This document shows, piece by piece, positions 1 to 12,334 of a DNA stretch of 64,000 bases. The first letter of the stretch is position 1; each line of letters starts with the position of its first letter. The notes below the pieces were generated by a model, which worked only from the letters and a program-made list of their open reading frames with translations, searched no databases and had not been told where the DNA came from. The stretch covers positions 1,230,570 through 1,294,569 of the forward strand of contig CAJFCJ010000019.1 of NCBI GenBank assembly GCA_904063045.1, in the 5' to 3' direction. Source of the stretch: Dimorphilus gyrociliatus. Taxonomy: Eukaryota > Animalia > Annelida. Position numbers and translations under genes: made by a program.

Positions 1-2722
1 GAGATCTTATATTACTAGCTTGTAATTCCTTATATTGATACTGTAATTATAGTAATTAGATAAAAGTACTTAAAAAGCTTACAAGTTCTCTTTTGTTGTT
101 ACCTCAAGTCTTTCAAATTGCAGTGATAGCGAGTTTTTTTCAGTACTCAATGCCTCAACCATTGTTTGTTTATGAATTAGACTTTCGGTCAATGCGTGAA
201 GTCTGTTCTCCAATTCAGCCTCATTTGAATTTGGGGCTGGCCTAGATAAAAGCTGAAAATTGGAAGGAATAGTAATTTTCCATTGGCACAGGAAAGATGT
301 AAAGAGACCCCTTAATTACCTGCGATCGTAGTTTTTCTACCTCATTCTCTTTTTCTTTTAGTTTTGTTTGTAAAGAAGCTTTCTGCTTTATTAACTCCTC
401 ACCGGCTAAATCAAGTTGCTGTTTTTGTCGAGAACTCTCATGCTCCAATTCACGGCATTTGCGCTTTTCGCTCTCTAATTCCTCTCGGCAGTGGCTAAGA
501 TTTTCGTTTACATCTTCAATGTCTGTTGCAAATTGAACTTCAGTATCCTGGAGTTCGGTTCGAAGGGTTTCGATTGTAGCTCTTGTATGTTGTAATTCCT
601 CTCTTAAGAACTCCTTCTCTTCTGTTAATTCACGGATCTCGCTGGCGGCAATATCCGACTCACCACCATCACCAGATTTTAAACTCTCAATCAATCTCTC
701 TTTGGATTGTAAAATCCGAGTAGCTTTTTCCTTGTATTCTGTCAATTCTCTTTTTGCATTATCTAAAGAGACTTTAAAATTTTTCAATTGCGAGACGGCA
801 TCAGATTTTTGAGTTTGTTCTTCTGTAAGGCGCCTTTGAGCAGTGGCTAAAGCTCCCGAGATACTCTGATGTTGATCCTCTAGCTTAGCAATTAAATCAG
901 TATACTCTCTCTCTTTTTTCTGAAATTCATTCTTTTCACGGTCGGTTGTCCTTTGCACCTCTTCTAAACGATCTTTCACGCTTTCTAAAGCTTGAGATTG
1001 AACACCTGATACGGACGTATGGTCTTGTAAAATTCTGGAGAGCAAAGAGAAGAGTATTTTATAATCAACAAAAAAAAAACAATACTATGAAAAGCTTTTA
1101 TTGTGTCCCTGAGGACGAATTTCTAATGTCCTAAAAACCTTCATTTGACCCTATTGTCTATAGCAAATGTTTTGGCCAAAGCACGTGATCGACACATCTA
1201 CGTGTAAAAGTTAGAATCGAGTCTTAGGAGAAACCATGAAGAGCAAAATTTTGATGGCCACCGAAATTTACAAGCATATCGTAAACAAGCCCTTTTTTGC
1301 AAGGCACGTCGGTTCGTTTACTCACGAAGATTACGGAAATGAACGTCGCCTTATTCAAGTACAAGATGTCAAAATGGAAGTTTTACTCTCAAAAACTGAT
1401 AACCTATTAAAGGAGCATGACTTACATCTGAAAACTGGTTTTCATAAACAGCATAATGATTATATAATCTATCCTCCTCTAAATGAGGAATTTATCAAAG
1501 TTGAGAATTTAATTCTCAACAAAACGTATCAATTTGTCATTACTGGTGTAACATTCATTAAGCACCTTGATACTGACTTCGCTGTAAATATTCACGTTCA
1601 AGCGATAGAAGATACTGAATAGACAACAAGTTTGTTAATTGTGTCAACATATCTTAATACTTGTATGTCTAAATAAAAACGTATTTAAAATAAAAACTAT
1701 TTCTTTAGCGCATCTGTAATATTTTCTTTTTTTGTACAAACCTTGACTTTTCGCCTTGCAGTTCTTCGATTATTTCTTTTTTAGACATTAATGCTTTATC
1801 GTTTTCTTCGAGCCTTACTCTCAGAACAGCTAATTGTGAGTCTTTAGCGTTTAATGCTTCGTTAAAGTCGGTCTCTTTAGATCTTAAATCTCGAAGTGCT
1901 TGGTCGATTTTAGATATTTCGTAATTTTTTTGGTTTATCTGGGATTGCAGTTTTTTTGATTCTAATTGGAAAACATAGAAAAAAATCTTAATTTTGTTCA
2001 ATAAAAGTTAATTTAACCTTTCAACCTTCTTCTGCAGTTTTAACTCGTTTTACTAGCGAATTCATTTCATTGTTTAATGAGGAAATTTCGTTCTTCAGTA
2101 ATTTGTTTTCTAATTCAAATTGATGTGTTTGCTGGTCAGCCTTTTCCTCTCCAGTTACAATAGGGATCACTTCTTCGCCTGAAAAGAGCAATTTATAAAA
2201 TAATTTACTCGAAATGAATTCCAAATAAAAGCCTATACTTGATTTTATTGGTGTTTCGCTGCATGGAGCTTCATTAGTTGTTGTATTGGTTCGACTTGAC
2301 TTACTAGATAAAGCGCTAGTTGTCGATGAACAGCTAGATTGCCTCGAATGTTTTGTTTTTTTATCATCGCCAGAATTGAGAAATTCGAATAGCTCCTCAT
2401 CTTTATCTTTTCTTTTGGATGATCCATTACTTTGAGATGATGCGTATGACGATCTGCTCATTTGGTTTAAGTATGGGGAAGAGCTTCTACCATTCATTTT
2501 ATTCATATTAGCAGGAACACTAACTGAAGTTGGCATTGGTGCCGATCTCTCTTGGATAATATTTGAAGAAACTGTAGTCGATTCATGGAATGATTGATTA
2601 GTATTTTCCTCCCCAACTTGTTGAGTTGGTGATCCCGTTGTTGTTATCATTTGCCCTGCTGCCTGATCAAGATTATTTAATAGATGTTCTGTTTTGGCTG
2701 CGAACTCCTTAAGCCACGACAT
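1..2722 (-). CDS. GOLGA5: Golgin-84 (golgin subfamily A member 5), multi-exon, 3' end runs off the window
   Basis: N-terminus MSWLKEFAAKTEHLLNNLDQAAG (ATG at 2722) matches the golgin-84 start, followed by long coiled coils. The exon at 103-252 reads ELENRLHALTESLIHKQTMVEALSTEKNSL. GT-AG introns read at 2179-2238, 1035-1741, 253-319 and 41-102. Confidence 0.9.
1236..1622 (+). CDS. Uncharacterised intronless 128-aa ORF nested antisense in GOLGA5 intron 1035-1741
   Basis: ATG-to-stop ORF of 387 nt in AT-rich DNA with globular amino-acid composition. AATAAA at 1672-1677. The host intron (707 nt) is about 10x the local norm. No family recognised. Confidence 0.55.
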   Translation: MKSKILMATEIYKHIVNKPFFARHVGSFTHEDYGNERRLIQVQDVKMEVLLSKTDNLLKEHDLHLKTGFHKQHNDYIIYPPLNEEFIKVENLILNKTYQFVITGVTFIKHLDTDFAVNIHVQAIEDTE

Positions 2723-3059
2723 TTCGTATAGTTCTATTTTTCGTTTGTCAACAATGTTATTTAGCAAATGTTTCACCTTATAATAGCAAATTTAATGAAG
2801 AAATTTTCTTTTGCTTAAATATAAATTGATTGAACACTGAGAAATAATATGTTGTTAAATATTAGGGCTGAGAGAGACAGGAAAAATAAATCTACGTGTT
2901 TCCTTTCAACAAAACATTCATGCATACAGGAAGTTCCGGTTATCATTTACCAGTTTCCATATGTTGTATGGCACTTTCAGCAAGTTGTTAGTGAATTTTT
3001 CGACTAGAAAAAGCTTTGTTTTTCCATTAAGTTTCATAAAAAGATACCAATCAAATAAT
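2723..3059. promoter_or_regulatory. Bidirectional promoter GOLGA5/DPH6 with ETS-like CAGGAAGT/TTCCGG at 2927-2939
   Basis: Divergent ATGs 337 bp apart with overlapping GGAA-core motifs between them. Confidence 0.5.
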
Positions 3060-6000
3060 ATGAGAGTTGTTGCTCTAATAAGGTAAATTTTGAAATAAAC
3101 TGTAGTCTGGGGACATTGATAGTTGATACATTGCTACTATGGTATTGTAGAGTAATCAATACCAAGTCTAAAGTTTAAATGTTTTTTTTTCTTGGATAAT
3201 AAATTATATTTATATAAATTCTTGCAGTGGCGGCAAAGATAGCTGCTATAATATGATGCAATGTATGGCCGATCATCATGAAATTGTTGCTTTGGCAAAT
3301 TTAAAACCAAAAGATCAAGGTTGAAAAATCTTTCCAAAGTTTCTTTTTACTATATATAATAGTCTTCGATATTTGATAAGTTCATTTCATAACGCAGATG
3401 AATTAGATAGTTATATGTATCAAACTGTTGGACACCATGCCATTGATCTTTATGCGGAAGCTATGGATTTACCTTTGTTTAGAAGAACAATCGAAGGTTC
3501 ATCTAAATTAACGGTCAATAGCTACTTGCCAACAGAAGGGGATGAAGTAGAAGATCTATACGAATTATTGAAAGAGATAAAAGAAAAGGTTAAGGTAGAC
3601 GCCGTCTCCTGTGGAGCTATACTGTCTAATTATCAACGCTTGCGTGTTGAGAATGTGTTAGTATTTCACTTGATTTTAGGTGTACTTTGTATCATTTACA
3701 TCTTTCAAATTGTAGTTGCTCAAGATTGGGATTGACTTCTTTAGCTTATCTTTGGCAACGTGATCAGAGTGAATTACTACAGGAAATGCTATCAGCTTCC
3801 TTGGAAGCTATTATAATTAAAACAGCATGCCTAGGTAAAGTACATTAAATAGAAATATGGTTATTCAGGCGCGTACACCCTTTCAGTAAGAGAAAGATGA
3901 TAAGGTTCTTTGTCGAAGAGCTTTAGAAAATTATCTCTTGGCATCAAATTACATATTATTTCACATTTTATATCCTTTAGAGGGCGTCCCATAATCCTTT
4001 CTACGTAAGCTTTACACAATTAACTTTATTTAATTTATGTTTGTAAATTATTCATGTTTAAGCTCGTTTACGATCTAATTGAGTCGTAACTAAAATCACT
4101 CTGTTTATCTATAAATATACATTAATACCCTTTGTGTAGTATTTATAGAGATGATAGTCGCAAACTTTTTTTTGGTATATTTGTATCCTTCAAATTGTAT
4201 TTAAAGAATAGAAAAGTCATCATTAATTAAAAATCAAAAGAAAGAAATACTAATAGAAGAGAGGATTGTGCAAAGATAAAATTTAAATAATTACATTTAT
4301 GATATCGTGTGTATTAAAATATATTGTAGTTAGAGAAAGCATAGAAAGGAGGAGTATATTTGATGCTACAGTGATTCCAATAGAAGACTCGTCCTTTTCA
4401 GTAGTGCTCTTTGGATCCAGACTACAACTGGTGCAGCCAAATTTGCATATATCTATGGAATTGCAGGCGCATTGTTCTCGAATAAGTTTATTGCCTTCGC
4501 TTATTAAAATGTTTCCAGGATTTGCGGAACAAGTTGAAAATTTATTTTTGAATAATTGACAGTAAGACAGAATTTTTTCAGTTGAGCAATTCATAGCTTT
4601 TCCGGGGCATTCTAGTTCAAAATATGCCTTTGTAGCATGTTCTGTGCAGCAGACTTCTACACAATTTGTGCTGATGTTTCGTATTTGTAAAAAAAATAGG
4701 GCGATTACCTTTAAGAGAGCTAAGGCAGTCATTTTTAAAATTCTATTTTGTAAAAGATATATTTTCTTGGAGAGTAGCCATGCAAACTAAATATTGCCCT
4801 CTAACAGCAGAACAGTAGACAGTGCTACAGAGCGTTAAAGAATTAGTATTGAACGATTTTTTTTTTAATGCTTCATTTAGTCCTATGTAATATTTGTTAG
4901 TTTTGCTGTGTTGTTTAGGTGGGAAAAAAATCTATAACAAGGGAATTCTCGTGCTTTCATTAGTGTTAAAACAATTCAAGCAAGACAGTTAATATGTCTA
5001 TATATAAAAATTTCTATATTACCCCCCATGTAGAATCTATTTCTATAAATTTATTATGAAAACCATCTGCATCGGTTATACGTGTTATAAGAACTATATA
5101 TATATAAATATATCATTATTTATACTAACTCTAGTTGCATAGTGATTTTCTTATAAAACTTATAAGCTCTTATTCGCAAATATTGACTATTAATATTCTC
5201 TTTAATTGATGTAGCATAAATTACAGTTATATTATGAATATTTCTCACAATCTAGATAATGTGAACACATTTGTTAACCGCAAAAACAAACATTACTTTC
5301 CCATAGGTCTGGATCCGAAAGAACATTTGGGCAGGTCGCTGAAAGATATACAGCCGCATCTTCTAGACATGGTATATCATTTGTAACCTACTTATATTAT
5401 CGACCTGACTAAGAGGCGTCTATATTTCCATTTCATTCTGTGTATTTTTAGAACAAAAAGTACGGCTTGAACGTTTGCGGTGAAGGAGGGGAATACGAGA
5501 CATTCGTTATCGATTGTCCTATATTTAAGAAACGTCTATTAATAGATGAAGGATCAGTTGAGAAAGTAATTTCACAAAACGATTCCATGGTTGGTTATCT
5601 GAATTTAAAGAAAGTTAGCCTGCAATCTAAAAGTAGTCAAGTAACTGACAATTCAGTTAGCTTGGTGTATGATTCGAAGAGAACAATAGAAGAAATCGAC
5701 GCACTAAGTAGAGAGGCGAATATTTCTATTGATGATGTTGTAAAGGAAGTCGATAAAGAGGCGATGAAGAACAAACAAGAGAATCTAATAGGTAAATATT
5801 CTGAAGTGTAAAATAAAAAGGGAAGTCTGTCAAGAAAAAAACTCGTTTAATAGGATTTAGCGGTGATAAAGTTCTGTTTAGTGAAAGACCCGAAATCGGT
5901 ATGGCTTTTATTAGCAGCGTGATTGCCTTTCATCATGAAGATGTCACTTTAGTGCAGTCCTCAAAGAAGGCGATGAATAATCTTCAAGGTTAATTTATAA

Positions 6001-7785
6001 AAAAATATCTAGCAATCAAATATTGCACTGTTAGGTTGCCTTTAATTTTTGATTTATTTCTTTAGAATGCGTCAAAGAGAAAGGTTATAAATTAGAGGAC
6101 GTTGTTAGTGTTAATTTATGGGTAAATAATATGTCAGTATTCGCAGAAGTTAACAACGTTTATAAAACATATTTTGCCCATAAACCTCCAATAAGAGCAT
6201 GCGTTCAGGCACCATTACCCAAGAACGTACATTGGCAGCTAGATTGTATCCTAACCAAAGAAAATCCCAATAACAGGACAAATTTACATGTTCAGGGTAT
6301 TAGTCATTGGGCACCGGCAAATATTGGTCCATATAGTCAAGCTAACACAACTAACGGTTACGATTTCTACGCCGGGCAAATTGCTATGGTCCCGGGAACT
6401 TTAGATATTATTCCTGGAGGAATAACAAACCAATGCCATTTAGCAGCAAGAAACGCTTTTCGTGCTATTCGAGTGCATTCCAAGAATAAGCCAAACTTAG
6501 TAATTATCTACGTTAGTATTTTAATCATCTAAAATCATTTCTCTTATTCTTTTCTGTCTTATATAAAAAAAATTTCATTTTTTTGTATATTTTTTATTAC
6601 CAAATTTTACAGTTAATTCCTCTCTTTAAACGTTATTATTTATTTATTTATTTATTTAAAATAAAACAGGTGACCGCGTTGGAAAATGTTGTATTGGCCG
6701 AAAACGTGTGGCGTTATCATTTCGACCGAACTTACAGCGCACCAGGCATACAGGTTTTTATTTTTTTATTGCTGCAGTCTCAATGAATAGAAAGCTAATT
6801 TTTTTATTTTAAATAGAATAAAAAACAAAAAAAAAAGCCATAATGTTAGGTTTATTCGACTATAGAAAGAAAATGAGATATTAATGTATATATTGTCAAA
6901 AAACTGTCTGTAATATTTTGCTTTTTTTTTCTATCTCATTCCCAATAGACTAAAGAATCGGTCGACGATTGTCATATGATATCTTGCGTTTTGCCTGTTC
7001 TACCGAAAAACGCTTTGATAGAATATCAGGCGATCAGAATCGACGGGGGAGAAGAAAGTCTGTCTTTAAAGGCGGATTTTAAAAGAAATGAGCTGTATAA
7101 ACTAGATTATGAAACGAGGGAATTGTGCAGAAAAGATGAATCTATACCTTTCTACGAAGTATTCGTTTCGTGTATGTTAAGATCGTATTATATCCCTAAG
7201 GTTATCCAATAATATTTCTATAACACCGATTAGGCGAGCACCCTTTGTCTTTGGTTGGTAAGGAGAGTGAATTGGTCAAAGATGTTATCAATTTCCCAAA
7301 TCTATCAAGAATCTTATACGAAAGACCCTTGAAGATCTTCTTTAATCAGAGCCTCTTTCAATACGATAGAATTTCATCGGGTAAGTTAATAAAAAGAGAG
7401 AAAAAAACTAATATTAATGATAATATTTGAGTAAGAGAGGAAAAAAAAAAAATAGTAGGCGGAATAAATTTTTCCTTCATCCGTAAAAAAATAATATATA
7501 TATATAAAAAGGCAGCCCTTTAGTTTCAAAAAGAAAAGACCTCTTACACAGTTTGTCGATAAGCAGACGATTGTATAGTTTTTGAAATATTTATCGCTCA
7601 TTGTCAAGTTCATATCCGTTTTCTCTGTGGTGTTAGTCCTCAATACGAAAGAATCATTTATAGGTTGCATGTAAATAATTAAATTAGGTCGGAAGAATCT
7701 GTAAAAAATTTGGTAGTATATTTATTACTTTTATCGATCTACTACTACGATGGTTAACGTTTGACCGAGTTACAGTTACTTGTAG

Positions 7786-7817
<32 letters not shown>

Positions 7818-8412
7818 TATTTAGTTTGATATATTCGGTCTACAAGGAGACCAATCTCCATCCAACTTCTAGTTTACATTCTTTCTATTGTTAGTTCCTC
7901 TTCTCTCATTCTTTTTTAATTATTATTCCATTTGCCAGCTAAAATAAAGCAGCAACAATGGCAGAAACGACAGTAAATTACAAAAACAATAGATATAAAA
8001 CTACGGTAGAAGAGAGTAGAAAATCGATGGCTACTTCTATCCCGAAATTATACTAGGGAAAATGCTTATTCCGCTGGGAATCTATACGATCGAATTTTTA
8101 ATATCTTTGGATCAATTTTATGATGGTTTTGTCAGCGAATAATATCAATATAGCATTAAGATTTTAAAACTAGATTAACGAAGAAGCAGAGAGAAAGAGA
8201 GAGAGAGAGTGAGAGAGTTTATCTATGTTGATTACATTTTAGTAGGAATTATTAAAGTATAGGAAAGATAGGAAGACTAGCTTAAGCAAGTGTTTTAATT
8301 TATCGTTCTCTTTTCAGCGTTGGAGTCGAATGGTTTCACTGGAGCCATCAGCCTCATTCCAGTAAATTACGTGAAAAAAGAAAATGGCTTATTTAACTTG
8401 TTCGTCTTATAA
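3060..8412 (+). CDS. DPH6: Diphthine--ammonia ligase, long form with C-terminal RidA/YjgF-like domains
   Basis: Spliced MRVVALI|SGGKDSCYNMMQC, then ELDSYMYQTVGH, LGLDPKEHLG and LNVCGEGGEYETFVIDCPIFKKR. RidA-like segments PPIRACV and HVQGISHWAPANIGPYSQA follow. Probable last exon 8318-8412 (GAISLIPV), in matching phase 1 with the donor at 7380/7381. Confidence 0.88.
4283..4732 (-). CDS. Small Cys-rich protein with signal peptide and hydrophobic C-terminus (GPI/TM-anchored candidate), nested antisense in DPH6 intron 3835-5306
   Basis: 149-aa ORF with an N-terminal hydrophobic stretch, 12 Cys in residues 24-103, an S/T-rich linker and a C-terminal hydrophobic tail. Confidence 0.7.
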   Translation of the reverse strand: MTALALLKVIALFFLQIRNISTNCVEVCCTEHATKAYFELECPGKAMNCSTEKILSYCQLFKNKFSTCSANPGNILISEGNKLIREQCACNSIDICKFGCTSCSLDPKSTTEKDESSIGITVASNILLLSMLSLTTIYFNTHDIINVII

Positions 8413-10209
8413 ATAATATATTTGAAGTAGGTAAACGATCTAGAAATAATAAAGGTGGCTGACATGTTAAAGTGACTATTACAAGATTATCTGGTAATAC
8501 TAAGAGATGTTTCCTTCAAATTCGTTAGATATATTGTTAAGATAAGGTTACGCGTGAGCCAAAACTAGCAACAGATGGCGGCGTTTCCACAAAAAGGTCA
8601 TCTTTTCTAAGTTGTGTATTCTCCTCCAAGACTAGTCTAGTCCATATTATATTAGCTGTTAGACTGTAACAAATTGCCTCGGGCTTCGTATGTCAGCTGT
8701 GAACTAACCAGTTATTTTAAGACCTAATGGAAAATATGAAGAAACGCCTGATATATCAAAAAGAGGGAAAGTTTATGGGCGGTCTCGTGCCCTATTGTAT
8801 TTTTTATTTAGTACTGGGCGTTGTTTTTTGGTCGAGATCGATGACAGACGGTAAATGATTAAGACTAATGGAGGTTTTTTTTCTATATTTCAATGGGCGT
8901 TCCACTGTTGTTATGAAAAGAGAAGTTTTGTAATGAGCGATGGTATTCGCACACAGAAATTGTATGACAACAAGCGTAGGTTTATTAATAGAAATCGACA
9001 AAAGATTCATTGCAGGATAAAGAGGCTAATGCACGTTTTATAATATATCTACATTCCGTTTTCAAACAGGCTTTTTCATCACGTTTTACTATTTACTGTA
9101 CAAAATGCGTAAAGCTGAAAACAAAAAAGAAAGAAAAAAGAAAGAGAATATATAATATTTTTTAATTTAATGGGTAAGGGTGCGGTTTTTATAAATGTTA
9201 AAATAGGTACATTTTCTTAAACTTTTGTTTTTAAGGCCTGCAGTATGTAAAACTGCGTATACAATATTAAAGACAATATACTCTTACATATATATATATA
9301 TACACACATATATGGATAGAAATTCCTTTCCTTTCGTTCTTTAGCTTTCCCGGTTCATTCATTCATTATTTTTTTTTTGCAACATGTGTATATATGTATA
9401 TTTGCAGTATAGACAATAAATATGTATATGTATGTATAACATTAGCGAATGGCATCCGGAAGACGGACGTTTAAGATTTAGATGCATGAAGGAATAAGAC
9501 AGAATAGTCAAAGGTAACAGACAGCGCTATGTAAATAATACATAAATAACTTTATAGAGAAAGATTGTTAGATATGCGTATATATATATATATATATATA
9601 TATATGCATATTCATACAAATCGCTCAGGGTAATAACTTTCAACAACTTGACGTTTCGACGCGTATTATAAAACAGATACAAGAAACGAGATAATATAAT
9701 TGTAGCTCCTTGACCGTTGTATCTTTTTCAATACACAAAAAAAAAGAAAAAGAGAAGAAAAAAAAAAAGTACGAAATCTTTCCTGCATTTTAGAGTTATA
9801 GATTATATAGTTTATGTAAAATAATATGAATATTCATTAAAGTAACTAGCACAAGGTTGTTTTTTTTTTCTTTCTTTTTTTTTTAATATCTTTTAATTCA
9901 TTAATAATCGGTTTCGTTTTTTCTTTAAAAAAAAAAGGAAAAAACATTGAGATCCTCACGGAAAAAAACGTTTTTTTTTCTTCCATAATTTTTAATAACG
10001 AACGAGTAAAACGCTACAACTTTTCTAACGATGCATAGATTTCCGTTTTTTTTTTTGTTTCACTTTATATGGGTGTAAGAATTTGTTTAAAATTTTTAAC
10101 ATAAAAGTTTCTCAGTCCGCTCTAGCATAATAACATATTGTTAATATTTCAAAAGGTAATTAGACTAACAGTCGATCGGTGGCGGCTGATGAAGGTGAAG
10201 GCCACTTTT

Positions 10210-12274
10210 TCAAAAACCTTTAATGTGGCAATAACTTTCTAGCGACGAAAGGATGACGTATACAACCCATAGTCCTATGAAGAAAGCGGTTGTACATATT
10301 TTAAAGTTCCTGTTTTTGCCTCCTAATTCGCCTCCGATACTTGGACGGCGTCGAATAATTAGTATAGCCATAGCTGCTAAGGCGAAACAACAGAATACGG
10401 TAACGCTGAACGCCAAAGAACCAGGATCGACTTTAAAAGGTTTGCCTTCAATGGCGTGCTTTACAGAAGCTATCGTCCAGGCAATTCCAATGCCCAGGAA
10501 GACGTTGACGGCGTTACTTCCCGTTACGTTGCCAATAGAGGAGTCAGCGTAGGCGTCGTTGATAGCTGCCACTTTGGAGGCGAACGTATCTGGCGGGCAG
10601 ATGAAAAATGAGCGATACTGCCTTAACAAGAAACGGCACTTAAGACTGGAATATAGATTAGACGAAAACATGCGCCTTGTTTTACTTGCACTAGCCGGCT
10701 CCCCGGGAAAGACTAGTGCCCATAGCTACGAAAGATATTTCAGCTACAAAGTCCTCAATTTCCATCGTATAACCAATTGACTCTTTAGCACTGTTGATAA
10801 TTACTGGCGAATAAGGCGTCAATAATAGATGAGGGTCCTCTCCTAGAGATGATCAACCTAAAAACGTGTGTTAGAAACAAAACGGAAAGTACACACGCAT
10901 ACATACACACACACACACACACATACACACGAAAAAAGCTCAATATAACAAAAAGAAGCTGGTTCTAATTTTAGAAAAATGTGTAGAGGAGGAGGAGTAA
11001 AAAAAAAAAAGATGAAGATAAATGAAAAAAGAACTCTGTGAAAGTTCAAAAAAAAAAAAAACAAAAATGTGAGTTTGGTTGGATTTAGGAAACATCGGGT
11101 ACAAACAAAAACAATAACAACAACAATAAACAAATCGGATTATATCACGTTGTTTTTCGGTTTATTTTCTACCTGGCAGACTTGTGCCTAGGGCGACGAA
11201 AGAGATAGCAGTAACTGAATCTTTCAATCCAATTGTACAACCGAACGATGAAGCCAGATCATTTATGAGAGCCGTCAAAATACCTATCATTATGATCGAA
11301 AACGTGAAGCACAACCAACCACCCCAATAATCTAAATATCAAATTTGAGAGAGAAAAAACAATAAAAAGAAAAATTAAGAGAGGAAGAGAATGGCTGAGA
11401 ATAATAAAACTAAGAAAATCGTTAAATCCCGCATGCGTATAATCGAAGAGAGTTCTCGAAAGTAATTAATCAGATTGCGACAGTTGTAAAATTAAACGTA
11501 TCGTGACTAAATGATAAGGCCTTCACCAAAAATTGTTTATTCCAATTGTTTTCTTTAAGATATACCTGGTAAACTTGTTCCTAGAGCTACAAAAGTAACT
11601 GCAGTAACTGAATCTTTTAGGCCTATTGTGCAGCCGAATGCCGCCGCAATGTCACCGATTAAGGCAGTTATTACGCCTATCATACATATCGATACGGAAA
11701 ACGCTAGCCAGCCTCCGGCCAAATCTGGAAAGCGTGTTTATCATCAAAGAGATTTCTTAATTATATACCTTATCCCACAAATACGTGTTCGTGCACTTAT
11801 AAGCTTAAATTTACTGATGTAAATAGCCCTTTAAATTATATTAATATATACAGTTTGGGCTTCAACTTGGATTATTATTAATTTAATATAAATATATATA
11901 TACTAATATATATATATATAGATTAATCAAAATTGTCACTTACCTGTCGGTGGGACGAAAGCAAACGTTACTTTCCAGAATATTGTCAAAAAGTGCATTA
12001 CATAATCCATGCAACTAGGTAATTTCTCTTCATCTTCTTCATCTTCTCCATTCTCGTCGTCTCCTGTGAATTTGATACAAAATTGAGATGATAGTTATTC
12101 TCCATTGATATAATTCAATTAAATAGAAAAATTACTAATAGAAACCTCATTTGCACGATTCAGAAATAAAAGCAGATCAAATTTTTGTGTATGTGTGTGT
12201 AGGTGTGTATATACAGTAGATAATCTTTCTCGTACACGAAATAATTGAACTGTATACATACGTTTATATATATT

Positions 12275-12334
<60 letters not shown>

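Noticed and set aside
3869-3880. 12-bp GCGCGTACACCC also present at 55823-55834
   Set aside because: Only two direct copies 52 kb apart, with no inverted partner or target-site duplication, so not supportable as a transposon end.
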